This document shows positions 49,434-59,171 of a DNA stretch of 64,000 nt, piece after piece. Within the stretch, counting starts at the first letter, position 1. Each line of letters begins with the position of its first letter. The notes beneath the pieces are model-generated. The model made no database searches, had not been told where the DNA came from, and saw only the letters and a program-made list of their open reading frames with translations. Location: the IMG/VR virus record IMGVR_UViG_3300021963_006528; one strand, given 5' to 3'. The translations under genes and the position numbers were made by a program. Source of the DNA: an uncultured virus (IMG/VR IMGVR_UViG_3300021963_006528). Lineage: Duplodnaviria; Heunggongvirae; Uroviricota; Caudoviricetes.

Positions 49434-49634
49434 ATGGCCATCACAGTACAAGTTAAACCTAGAAAAACGACAATCTCATCTGTAACGGTTGCAAGAACCG
49501 CTAATTTAAATTTAACACAACTGAACAATGTTGATATTACTACACCAGCCAACAACGAAGTTTTAGTTTATGAATCTGGAACCGGACGCTGGCTAAATAA
49601 AAGTATTGCAACAATTTCAGGCGGATCGTTTTAA
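49434..49634 (+). CDS. Small fibre-associated protein
   Basis: LNNVDI...VLVY....W....ISGGSF fibre-type motif. Confidence 0.7.
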   Translation: MAITVQVKPRKTTISSVTVARTANLNLTQLNNVDITTPANNEVLVYESGTGRWLNKSIATISGGSF

Positions 49635-52600
49635 ATGACAATTATTCAGATAAAGTATTCCTCAGCGAATACTGCACCAGCTAATGGTTCATTAACCGCT
49701 GGTGAATTAGCTTATTCTGAAGTTTCCAAAAAGTTATTTATTGGAAATGAATATAGCGGTCAAGCCAATGTTATTGGTGGGCAATTTTATACTGATTTAA
49801 TAAATTCCAATACTTCTTTATCAGTAGCAAATACCATAGTAGTTCGAGATTCGCAAGGATCATTTTCTGCCAATGTAATTACTGCAAACAGTTTTGTTGG
49901 TACTATTGTTGGTAATTTAGATGGTAGTTCAGCAACTGCTAATAGACTTTCAAATCCATTTGTTATTACTTTAGGTAGTGATGCTTCTGGTAATATTTCA
50001 ATTGATGGTTCTGCAAATGTAACTCTCAATGTAGAATTAACAAATAGTGGTGTATCTTCTGGTACTTATGGTAATACAAGATTCATTCCTACATTTACTG
50101 TAGGTGCCGATGGTCGTATTACTGGTGTTTCAAATGTAGCAATTGATTTTCCTGATGCTGCCAATTTTTCGCAAGCATCTTATAATCAGGCTAACAGTTC
50201 TTACTTACATGCCAATGCGGCCTTTGCAGCTGCCAATACTGCATTAAATTCCAATGCACATGCCAACGCAGCTTTTAATGTTGCCAATACCGCCAACACT
50301 ACTGCAACTTCTTCTAGTTCATATTCTAATTCTGCATTTGCGGTGGCCAATACGGCCAATGCAACCGCAACGGCAGCTTCATCATACGCAAATTCAGCTT
50401 ATCAAATTGCCAATAGTGCAAGCTCTTATGCTAATGGTGCTTTTGTTGCCGCTAATACTGGTCTACTTTCCTATGGTCATGCTAATGCAGCTTTCAATGT
50501 TGCTAATACTGCAATCACCAATTCTGTAAATACTTCATTATTACTAACAGAAATTTTTGCTAATGTTACAGCTACAGAAACACAGATACAAACTGCTGGT
50601 GGTTATGCTAACGCTGCTTACAGACATGCTAATGCAGCCTACGTTAATTCAAATACTAAATTCAGTTCATCTGGTGGTACAATTTCGGGTGATGTAAATG
50701 TTACTGGCAATCTTACCATTTCTGGTAATGTAACTTATGTAGCTACAAATCAATTAAATCTTGGTGATGCAATTATCACTCTTAATGCGGATTTAGGACA
50801 AGCTGCCACGCCAACTGAAAATGCTGGTATTGAAATTGAACGAGGCAATCAAGCAAACGCTTCTATTATTTGGAATGAAACTTTAGATCGTTGGCAGTTT
50901 ACTGGTAATACCGGCACAAGCAATATTGCTTCTGATGCGGCCGAAAGTTATGCCAATTCTTCTTTTGAGGCTGCCAATGCAGCTTATGCTTTTTCCGGCC
51001 AAACACAGATTTTAGTATTAGGTGCTGCTCTTGCGGCCAATGCTGGTGGTTCATATGCCAATTCAGCATTTTTAAGAGCTAATAATGCTTTTAATGGTAC
51101 TTCAGGTAGTCATTCTAATGCCGCTTACGCACATGCCAATGCAGCCTTTACTGTTGCTAATGCTTCAGGATTATTATTTGTTACATCTTCATATAATCAT
51201 GCTAATGCGGCTTTTGATGCAGCTAATAATGCTTACGAATCTGGTGGTATAATTGCTGGAGGTTATGCTAACTCTGCGTATTTAAAAGCCAATGCAGCTT
51301 ATACAAGTCAAAATACAACTGGTGTATATGCAAACACCTCATATCGCCATGCAAATTCAGGTTATCAAGAAGCAAATTCTGCCACATTAATTGCTTTGGC
51401 AGCTTATGCATTAGCTAATAGTATTCAAATATCACAAGGTAGTTTAATTGCCGAAGCAGCTTACAGACATGCCAACGCTTCTTATGTTCAAGCAAATTTA
51501 GCAGGTTCTTATGCTAACTCTGCATATCTACATGCAAACGCAGGATACACACAGGCGAATGTTTCAGGTTCATATGCTAACTCTGCATACGCATTAGCTA
51601 ATACAAAATTATCTGCTTCTGGTGGAACAATTACTGGTGATCTTACTGTTTCAGGTAATTTACGAGTTGATGGTGATCGTGCAACATTCTTTGTTTCTTC
51701 ACTATCAATTGAAGATAATTTAGTTGATATTGCTGCAGATCAAATAGGAACTCCAACACTTAATGCTGGTTTGCGTGTAATTCGTGGTGATGAAAGTGCT
51801 GTACAATTTAGATGGAATGAATCTCTTGATAAATGGCAATATACAACTGACGGTTCAGCCTTTATTAATATTGGTGCAGAATCAAATGGATTGTATGCTA
51901 ATGCCGCTTTTGCGGTTGCAAATACTGCCAATGCACATTCTATATCAGGATATAGTTTAGCAAATACTGCTAACAGTTTAGCACAGGCTGCATATGATAC
52001 TGCCAACAATGCTGGTAGTAGTACGATTCTTCAAGCGGCTTTTAACACAGCAAACGCAGCCAGTTCTTATGCTAATGGTGCTTTTGGAGCTGCCAACTCA
52101 GCAGGTTCATTTGCTAACTCTGCATTAGGAGCCGCAAGTACGGCAGACCAAAGAGCTACTACTGCTGGCATATACGCCAATGGTGCATTTGAGATTGCTA
52201 ACGTAGCCAATGAAAAAGCTGCTTCTGGATGGCGTCATGCAAATTCATCTTACATACAAGCCAATGCGGCTTTTAGTGCTGCTAATAATAAATTAGATTT
52301 ATCTGGTGGTACACTTACTGGCGGTTTAACTGTTCAAGGTAGTGTTACAGTTATTGGTGGTTTGTTATATGCAAATTCTAGTACAGTTCTTTTAGCGGAT
52401 AATATTGTAACACTTAATGCGGCTATCAATCAATCATCAGCACCAGAGTTTAATGCTGGTATTGAAATTGATCGTGGTTCTTCAGATAATGTTTCTTTAC
52501 TTTGGAATGAGTCTGTAGATTCGTGGCAATTTACTAATGATGGTACTAACTATATTAATATTGCATCGAGTTCGGCTGGCACATATGCTAATGCAGCTTT

Positions 52601-53411
52601 CTTGACCGCTAACTCCGCATCTTCATATGCCAATGGTGCATTTGAAAAATCCAATACTAATACTCTTTTGGCTCAGGCTGCATTTAATCAAGCCAATACA
52701 GGAAACACAACTGCTCAGGCTGCATTTAATAGAGCAAACTCCGCATATGAATTGGCTAACGGCAAAAGTACATTTACATTTAACTCATTTCCACCAGGTG
52801 ATCCAAAAGTTGGTGATCGTTGGATTGACTCCGATTTGGGTCAAGAGTTTATATACATTAATGATGGTGATTCAGCTCAATGGATTGAGTTGTCCGCCTT
52901 TGTTGATCAAAATTTAGTCGATGATAATATCTACTATGTCTTAGAAAATGATCATCTAGGTACAGATTTAAATACAGTACAGAGTATTTACGGTGTCAGT
53001 ATTACACTTGGTTCAAATGTCGTATATGAATTTGAAGCTTCTTTTGCATTAAAGAAAACTTCTGGTACAAATCCACATAGTATTGAACTTGGTTTTGCAG
53101 GTACTTCAGCTATAAATCATATACTTTATCGTGTAAATTATACTGGTTCCGCATTGAATTCCATAGCAACACCAACCTCAATTATGATAAATAGTATATC
53201 AAACACAACAGTATCATCAAATACGAATGTGAATAATCATAACATATTCTTAAAAGGTATGATTTCTGTTGGATCTGGTGGTACTTTTACTCCACAATAT
53301 AGGTTATCTGATGTAACCGGTGGAGCATTTAGTACATTAGCTGGATCATATTTTAAAATGGAACCAGTAGGTGCAGCAAATACAAATATAAACGTAGGAA
53401 CTTGGTCCTAA
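49635..53411 (+). CDS. Long tail fibre protein with Ala/Asn heptad repeats
   Basis: IIQIK...L.AGELAY...LFIG N-terminus; repeated ANAAF/ANSAY; three D...LN...AG.E..RG...WNE..D.W domains. Confidence 0.82.
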   Translation: MTIIQIKYSSANTAPANGSLTAGELAYSEVSKKLFIGNEYSGQANVIGGQFYTDLINSNTSLSVANTIVVRDSQGSFSANVITANSFVGTIVGNLDGSSATANRLSNPFVITLGSDASGNISIDGSANVTLNVELTNSGVSSGTYGNTRFIPTFTVGADGRITGVSNVAIDFPDAANFSQASYNQANSSYLHANAAFAAANTALNSNAHANAAFNVANTANTTATSSSSYSNSAFAVANTANATATAASSYANSAYQIANSASSYANGAFVAANTGLLSYGHANAAFNVANTAITNSVNTSLLLTEIFANVTATETQIQTAGGYANAAYRHANAAYVNSNTKFSSSGGTISGDVNVTGNLTISGNVTYVATNQLNLGDAIITLNADLGQAATPTENAGIEIERGNQANASIIWNETLDRWQFTGNTGTSNIASDAAESYANSSFEAANAAYAFSGQTQILVLGAALAANAGGSYANSAFLRANNAFNGTSGSHSNAAYAHANAAFTVANASGLLFVTSSYNHANAAFDAANNAYESGGIIAGGYANSAYLKANAAYTSQNTTGVYANTSYRHANSGYQEANSATLIALAAYALANSIQISQGSLIAEAAYRHANASYVQANLAGSYANSAYLHANAGYTQANVSGSYANSAYALANTKLSASGGTITGDLTVSGNLRVDGDRATFFVSSLSIEDNLVDIAADQIGTPTLNAGLRVIRGDESAVQFRWNESLDKWQYTTDGSAFINIGAESNGLYANAAFAVANTANAHSISGYSLANTANSLAQAAYDTANNAGSSTILQAAFNTANAASSYANGAFGAANSAGSFANSALGAASTADQRATTAGIYANGAFEIANVANEKAASGWRHANSSYIQANAAFSAANNKLDLSGGTLTGGLTVQGSVTVIGGLLYANSSTVLLADNIVTLNAAINQSSAPEFNAGIEIDRGSSDNVSLLWNESVDSWQFTNDGTNYINIASSSAGTYANAAFLTANSASSYANGAFEKSNTNTLLAQAAFNQANTGNTTAQAAFNRANSAYELANGKSTFTFNSFPPGDPKVGDRWIDSDLGQEFIYINDGDSAQWIELSAFVDQNLVDDNIYYVLENDHLGTDLNTVQSIYGVSITLGSNVVYEFEASFALKKTSGTNPHSIELGFAGTSAINHILYRVNYTGSALNSIATPTSIMINSISNTTVSSNTNVNNHNIFLKGMISVGSGGTFTPQYRLSDVTGGAFSTLAGSYFKMEPVGAANTNINVGTWS

Positions 53412-53429
53412 AAACGAGAGAAAAAAAAC

Positions 53430-55049
53430 ATGCCGACAATTAATTTTCCAACCGGTCCAACATTAAATGACGAATATTCCTTTGGAGGTAAAACGTGGAA
53501 GTATAACGGTACCGCATGGGAACTAATCTCGACCGGTATTACATCCACAATTCGACTACATGCCAATGCAGCTTTTGATGCCGCTAATACTGCGGATCAA
53601 AAAGGAACAAGTGCTGGGTCGTATGCAAACGGTGCCTTTGCAAAAGCAAACACCGCAAATACTTTAGCTCAAGCGGCTTTCGATGCCGCTAACGCTGCAG
53701 CCGGTGTCTTTGCACAAGCTTCTTTCAATCATGCAAATGCAGCTTATCAAACTGCTAATTCTGCATCGTCTTATGCCAATGGTGCCTTTACTGCCGCCAA
53801 TACTGCTGATCAAAAAGCCGTAAGTGCTGGTTCATATGCCAATGGTGCATTTACTGCCGCCAATACTGCTGATCAAAAAGCCGTAAGTGCTGGTTCATAT
53901 GCTAACGCAGCCTTTGCAGCTGCCAATACAGCCGATCAGAAAGCTGTAAGTGCTGGATCATATGCAAACGGAGCTTTTGCGGCCGCTAACAGTAAATTTA
54001 GTTCTTCTGGTGGTACTGTTTCTGGTGATGTAATAATTACAGGCAATTTGAGTGTTGAAGGTACCACTCTTACAGTCAATGTAACTAGTTTATCCGTTGA
54101 AGATTCTATTATTCAGTTGGCCAATGGTAATATTAGTGATGCTATTGATATTGGATTTGCAGGTCATTACAGTAACGGTACCGCAAATGTACATACAGGT
54201 TTGGTTCGTCATGCAGCCGATGATACTTATTATTTGTTTAAGGAATATTTACCTGATATTTCAAATGTTATTGATGTTGCCAATGCACAAATTGCTACAA
54301 TCAATACCAATGTAATTGCTTCTTCAATACTGTTAAGAAATGTTGATCCACTTACACAAGCCAATGCGGCTTTTGCAGTTGCTAACACAGCAGATCAAAA
54401 AGCAGTCAGCGCTGGTTCATATGCTAATGGTGCCTTCGTAGCAGCTAACACTGCTGACCAAAGAGCAGTTACTTCTGGATCATATGCTAATTCAGCCTTT
54501 GCAGCTGCCAATACTGCCGATCAAAAAGCAGTTAGTGCTGGTTCGTATGCCAATGGTGCCTTTGCAGCTGCAAATACTGCTGATCAAAGAGCAGTAACAA
54601 GTGGTTCGTATGCCAACTCTGCATATTTACATGCTAATGCGGCTTTCAATGCAGCCAATAATGCAGTAGATACATGGGTTCGTGATGCTGCCAATAGTGC
54701 TTCAAGTTATGCCAATAGTGCATACATTAAAGCCAATGCGGCTTTTGGTGTTGCTAACTCTGCTTCATCTTATGCTAATGGTGCTTTTGAAGCCGCTAAC
54801 ACCGCAGATCAGAAAGCCGTTACTTCTGGTTCATATGCTAACTCTGCTTTTGGTACTGCTAACTCAGCTTCTTCTTATGCTAATGGTGCCTTTACTACTG
54901 CTAATAGTCGAGTATTGTTTACATATTCTGATACTGCGCCAGGCGGAACACCGAAACAAGGTGATCAATGGTATGAATCGGATTCAGGCATTTTGTTCAC
55001 TTATATAAACGATGGCGACAATTCGCAATGGGTACAACTTGGCATTTAA
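53430..55049 (+). CDS. Fibre protein with 21-aa repeats
   Basis: NFP..P..N....GKTW.YNG.AW N-module; YANGAFxAANTADQKAVSAGS repeats; GDQW...YINDG..QW C-module. Confidence 0.8.
   Translation: MPTINFPTGPTLNDEYSFGGKTWKYNGTAWELISTGITSTIRLHANAAFDAANTADQKGTSAGSYANGAFAKANTANTLAQAAFDAANAAAGVFAQASFNHANAAYQTANSASSYANGAFTAANTADQKAVSAGSYANGAFTAANTADQKAVSAGSYANAAFAAANTADQKAVSAGSYANGAFAAANSKFSSSGGTVSGDVIITGNLSVEGTTLTVNVTSLSVEDSIIQLANGNISDAIDIGFAGHYSNGTANVHTGLVRHAADDTYYLFKEYLPDISNVIDVANAQIATINTNVIASSILLRNVDPLTQANAAFAVANTADQKAVSAGSYANGAFVAANTADQRAVTSGSYANSAFAAANTADQKAVSAGSYANGAFAAANTADQRAVTSGSYANSAYLHANAAFNAANNAVDTWVRDAANSASSYANSAYIKANAAFGVANSASSYANGAFEAANTADQKAVTSGSYANSAFGTANSASSYANGAFTTANSRVLFTYSDTAPGGTPKQGDQWYESDSGILFTYINDGDNSQWVQLGI
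53772..53990 (+). repeat. 63-bp coding tandem repeat (~3.5 copies)
   Basis: Units start at 53772, 53835, 53898 and 53961; the first two are almost identical. Confidence 0.9.
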
Positions 55050-55074
55050 TCTAATTTAAAAGATTAAGTAGATT

Positions 55075-55533
55075 ATGCCGAATATTAATTTTCCTACAAG
55101 TCCAGCTTTAAATGATCAATATTCATTTCAAGGCAAAACCTGGACTTATAATGGAGTTGCTTGGGTATTAACATCAAGTCCTACATCGTTAAGACTTGAT
55201 TCGGCATATGGTCATGCTAATGCGGCTTTTGCTTATGCAAATACTATTTCTGCTGGATCAGTAGATACTTTTGCAAGAACTCAAGCTAATGCGGCTTTCT
55301 CTGCGGCTAATACTGCACAAAGTAGTGCAAGTTCGGCCGAAAGTGCGGCTTCTGCTGCTTTAGGTACAGCTACAGCTGCACAAGATACCGCAATTTCGGC
55401 CTACATCCAAGCTAATGCGGCTTTCTCTGCGGCTAATAATGCTTTTAATGCTTCACAACCACTTTCTGGTGAGTTCGATTATGGTTTAATAACTGATGTA
55501 AATAATACAATTCAAGATTACGGAACACTATAA
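55075..55533 (+). CDS. Short fibre/adaptor protein
   Basis: Same N-module as 53430; ANAAF heptads; ends DYG...DYGTL. Confidence 0.75.
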   Translation: MPNINFPTSPALNDQYSFQGKTWTYNGVAWVLTSSPTSLRLDSAYGHANAAFAYANTISAGSVDTFARTQANAAFSAANTAQSSASSAESAASAALGTATAAQDTAISAYIQANAAFSAANNAFNASQPLSGEFDYGLITDVNNTIQDYGTL

Positions 55534-55536
55534 ATA
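55529..55536 (+). promoter_or_regulatory. T4-type late promoter
   Basis: Perfect TATAAATA, 5 nt before ATG 55542. Confidence 0.7.
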
Positions 55537-55541
55537 GAATT

Positions 55542-57587
55542 ATGTCTATAACATTAAAACATCGCAGAGGTAATACATTATCCCACAGCACCTTTACAGG
55601 GGCTTTGGCTGAAATTACCGTAGATACAGATAAAAATACCGTTGTTGTCCACAACAATTCAAGTGCTGGTGGTTTTCCATTAGCAAGAGAATCTGCTGTA
55701 ACGACTGTAGGTTTATACGCTAACTCATCTTACATTCATGCTAATGCAGCCTTTGATAAAGCCAATACTTTAGCTGGTGGTTCTGCAATTGACAATGTTG
55801 CTAGAACGCAAGCTAATTCGTCTTACATTCACGCTAATGCTGCTTTCAATGCAGCTAATAATGCGGTAGATACATGGGTTCGTGATGCTGCTAATTCGGC
55901 ATCTTCTTATGCCAATGGTTCATTTGCTAAAGCCAATACTGCCAATACATTAGCACAAGCCGCTTTTGACAAAGCCAATTCTGTACAATCATTTTTAACC
56001 TTTGATGCAAATGGTACAAATGTTGTAGCAGATTCTCAAACAGATACAATTACAATAACACCAGCAAATGGTATTATTGTTACGGGTAATGCATCAGCAG
56101 ATTCAATTACATTAGGTCTTACTGAACTTGCACAAGGCAATACAGGCAGTCAAATATTTGTTTCACCTAATGGTAACGATAGTAATGATGGTCTTGCATC
56201 AAGTCGTGCAAAGAGAACCATTCGTGCTGCAATGAACGCAGCTCGTCCATTTACACAAGTTACAATTGCTTCAGGTACATACGAAGAAATTACTCCAATT
56301 ATTGTACCTCAATTTGTACAAGTAAAAGGTGATGGTGAAAGAACTACTATTATCAAACCATTAGATACTTCAAAAGATGTATTTTGGGTTAATAATGGTT
56401 GTTGGATTAGTTGCATGAAATTTGAAGGTTACTTAGCGAATGCTGTTGCTTTTCCGGGTTCAACAATTTCTTCTGGCACGGCTCAAAGTGGTGGTGCTAG
56501 TACAATTACTCTTGCTTCTGGTGAAGATTCTTTAGATGGCATTTATAGAGATATGACCATCAGTATTACAAGTGGTACAGGTGCAGGTCAAGGAAAAATA
56601 ATTTCTTCTTATAACGGAACAACAAAAGTTGTTACTGCTAACTCTGCATGGTCTACACAACCAGATAATACTTCTGTATATGCAATTAAAATTCCATTAA
56701 GATCAACACCAGCAGCCAATACTGCAAGATGGTCTACATGCATTACTGCATCACCATATGTTTATGTTTGTTCTTCAGGCACAACAACAGGCACAGGTTT
56801 GCGTGTTGATGGTTCTTTAGCCACCGGTAATAAAAGTATAATTTCTGCACAGTTTACACAAGTCAATGTGGGTGGCAAAGGATTCCATGTATCGAATGAT
56901 GGATATTCTCAGTTAGTTTCTATGTTTGGTATTTTCTGCGATATTGCTTTCTTAGCAGAATCAGGTGGTACTGCTTCAATGGGTAACTGCAACGTTAACT
57001 TTGGTAATAAAGGTCTTGTATCTAATGGCAAAGGTGCCTTAGTGATGACTGCAACATTCAATGGTGATACAACAGTTGGTTCATTTACCGCCAATCTAAA
57101 TAATGTATCAGCAAATACCGATCCATTTTTTAATATATTGGCAACTGAGCCGTATGTTGGTTTGATTGGTCTTGTAAATGGTGATACCTCAGGAACATAT
57201 TATTATGTTACAACTTCTTCACCAATTTCTAGTGGACAAACAGTAGTAGAATTTAGAGAATCGTTAGACAATGTATTTACAAGTGGTACAACAATTAATT
57301 TTTATCAACAAAGTCAATTAAGAGCAAGTGGTCAAACATTTGAATTTGTAGGAGCTGGAACATCAATAAGTACAGCATTACCAAGAAATGGTGGAGTCCC
57401 AAATACTGAATTACAGATTGTTCGTATCGCAGAGGGTGCAGTTTTCTGTACTTCTACCGATCAAAATGGAAATTTCTTAGTATCAGATTTGTCGATTGAC
57501 CAAGCAACAGGTACAATTTCTGGTACAACATTTACAAAGAGCTTGTTTGCTCAAATGACACCATTCATTCTTGCTTTGGAAGGCTAA
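55542..57587 (+). CDS. Tailspike-like protein: Mtd-N-type head, heptad stalk, putative beta-helix (pectin-lyase-like) domain
   Basis: LKHRRG...FTGALAEITVDTDKNTVVVH...GGFPLA; FVSPNGNDSNDG...KRTIRAA...G.YEE. Confidence 0.75.
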   Translation: MSITLKHRRGNTLSHSTFTGALAEITVDTDKNTVVVHNNSSAGGFPLARESAVTTVGLYANSSYIHANAAFDKANTLAGGSAIDNVARTQANSSYIHANAAFNAANNAVDTWVRDAANSASSYANGSFAKANTANTLAQAAFDKANSVQSFLTFDANGTNVVADSQTDTITITPANGIIVTGNASADSITLGLTELAQGNTGSQIFVSPNGNDSNDGLASSRAKRTIRAAMNAARPFTQVTIASGTYEEITPIIVPQFVQVKGDGERTTIIKPLDTSKDVFWVNNGCWISCMKFEGYLANAVAFPGSTISSGTAQSGGASTITLASGEDSLDGIYRDMTISITSGTGAGQGKIISSYNGTTKVVTANSAWSTQPDNTSVYAIKIPLRSTPAANTARWSTCITASPYVYVCSSGTTTGTGLRVDGSLATGNKSIISAQFTQVNVGGKGFHVSNDGYSQLVSMFGIFCDIAFLAESGGTASMGNCNVNFGNKGLVSNGKGALVMTATFNGDTTVGSFTANLNNVSANTDPFFNILATEPYVGLIGLVNGDTSGTYYYVTTSSPISSGQTVVEFRESLDNVFTSGTTINFYQQSQLRASGQTFEFVGAGTSISTALPRNGGVPNTELQIVRIAEGAVFCTSTDQNGNFLVSDLSIDQATGTISGTTFTKSLFAQMTPFILALEG

Positions 57588-57593
57588 TAAAAA

Positions 57594-57935
57594 ATGGCAC
57601 AAAATATACCTTTAAACGTTTTTAAAACAGTTGCATTACCGGTTACAACGGTTGCAAATACTGTTTATACTTGTCCAGCTGGAATTACAACAGTTGTTCT
57701 TCTAGCACAAGTATCTAATATTAATACATCAAGTTATGTTGATGTTACCGCTTCACATATTCGTAATGGTAATGTTACACGACTAATTGCAAATACAGAA
57801 ATACCTACAGAAGATGCAACTAATATGTTGATGGGTAAATTAGTTTTGGAAGCAGGAGACGGATTTAGAATTTCAGCAAGTGCAAATAGTAGTGCAGAGT
57901 TAACATTATCACTATTAGAAACCTCAAATGGCTAA
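57594..57935 (+). CDS. Small virion beta-sandwich protein
   Basis: VYTCPAG.TTVVL..QVSN...KLVLEAGD pattern, common next to phage fibre genes. Confidence 0.7.
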   Translation: MAQNIPLNVFKTVALPVTTVANTVYTCPAGITTVVLLAQVSNINTSSYVDVTASHIRNGNVTRLIANTEIPTEDATNMLMGKLVLEAGDGFRISASANSSAELTLSLLETSNG

Positions 57936-59130
57936 TCATAAATTATTAAGCGGCCGAGTAAAAGTAACACCTGCAGCTAATGTAGCGGCAGATCGTTATA
58001 ATTATCTTGGATTAGAACAAGCAGAACCAAACCTTGGCGTTGCAAATGCTGATGGTTGGGTTCTTACATACAGTACAGCTTCACCAGGCGGTAGACTATG
58101 GCAATCTTCTTCATTACTTTCTGGTGGATTAGTTGCTCAGTCTGCATTTCAAACTGCTAACAATGCTGAAGCGTTATCTACATCTGCATACATTCATGCT
58201 AATGCGGCTTTTGATAAAGCCAATACGGTTGGTTTACATGCCAATGCGGCCTTTACAACTGCTAATACAAAATTTAATTCATCAGGCGGAACAATTACTG
58301 GTGATGTAGTAATTACAGGCAATTTAAATGTTGAAGGTACCACTCTTACAGTCAATGTAACTACTCTGTCTGTTGAAGATTCTATTATTCAATTAGCAAA
58401 TGGCAATATTACAGATACTATCGATATTGGATTTATAGGTCACTACAATAATGGTAGTGCCAATATTCATACAGGACTTATTAGACACGCTGTAGATGAT
58501 ACTTACTATTTGTTTAAAGAATATTCTCCTGATATTACAAATATTATTGATATTGCCAATCCAAATTTTAAGATTGCTACATTAAGTGCCAATCTAACAG
58601 CCAACTCAGTATTAATCCGTGGATTAGATCCACTAACACAAGCTAATACCGCAGATCAAAGAGCAGTAACTTCTGGTACATATGCCAATGCAGCCTTTGG
58701 TATTGCTAACTCTGCTTCATCTTATGCTAATGGTGCCTTTGCAGCTGCTAATACTGCCGATCAAAGAGCAGTTACTTCTGGTTCATATGCCAATTCATCT
58801 TACATTCATGCTAACGCAGCCTTTGCAGCTGCCAATACTGTATCAGGCGGAGCTGCAATTGATAACGTTGCTAGACTACAAGCTAACAGTTCTTATTTAC
58901 ATGCTAATGCAGCCTTTGATAAAGCCAATACAAGTTCAAAATCCACCGCAAGTTCTACTGCACCAGTCAGTCCTTCTATAGGTGACTTGTGGTATGATAC
59001 CGATACTGATGTATTACTTCGTTACACAAATGACGGTACATCAAACAATTGGGTTGACATTACTGGACCAACAATTGGTAGATCGACTTATATAAGACCC
59101 ACCTATTTAATAACTGCTAATGCAAGTTAA
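57928..59130 (+). CDS. Fibre protein (heptad stalk; paralog of 53430)
   Basis: AEPNLG N-terminus; shared VEDSIIQLANGN...DIGF.GHY domain; GDLWYD C-module. Confidence 0.8.
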   Translation: MANHKLLSGRVKVTPAANVAADRYNYLGLEQAEPNLGVANADGWVLTYSTASPGGRLWQSSSLLSGGLVAQSAFQTANNAEALSTSAYIHANAAFDKANTVGLHANAAFTTANTKFNSSGGTITGDVVITGNLNVEGTTLTVNVTTLSVEDSIIQLANGNITDTIDIGFIGHYNNGSANIHTGLIRHAVDDTYYLFKEYSPDITNIIDIANPNFKIATLSANLTANSVLIRGLDPLTQANTADQRAVTSGTYANAAFGIANSASSYANGAFAAANTADQRAVTSGSYANSSYIHANAAFAAANTVSGGAAIDNVARLQANSSYLHANAAFDKANTSSKSTASSTAPVSPSIGDLWYDTDTDVLLRYTNDGTSNNWVDITGPTIGRSTYIRPTYLITANAS

Positions 59131-59171
59131 GGATTAAAAATGCCAGTTAATGAATCGAATACAATACAATA
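59116..59171 (+). repeat. 56-nt exact direct repeat spanning a fibre/tip gene junction (copy 1)
   Basis: GCTAATGCAAGTTAAGGATTAAAAATGCCAGTTAATGAATCGAATACAATACAATA; identical to 62211-62266. Confidence 0.92.

Noticed and set aside
49428..49637. Three consecutive in-frame ORFs (49098, 49434, 49635) as one interrupted gene
   Set aside because: Each has termini typical of separate phage proteins (…PNVTR, …GGSF, MTIIQIK…), so the shared phase is probably coincidental coupling.
53772..54900. Regular ~63-bp repeats resembling a CRISPR array
   Set aside because: The repeats are in-frame coding units varying at synonymous positions, with no unique spacers and no cas genes.
55542..57587. Mtd-like N-terminus suggesting a diversity-generating retroelement
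   Set aside because: There is no reverse transcriptase and no TR/VR pair differing only at adenines in this window; only the N-terminal anchor module is shared.
59128..59142. Genome-wide stop-codon reassignment as the explanation for in-frame TAA junctions
   Set aside because: Core genes are full length under the standard code and end in TAA, TAG and TGA; TAAGGA also serves as the RBS of the next gene.
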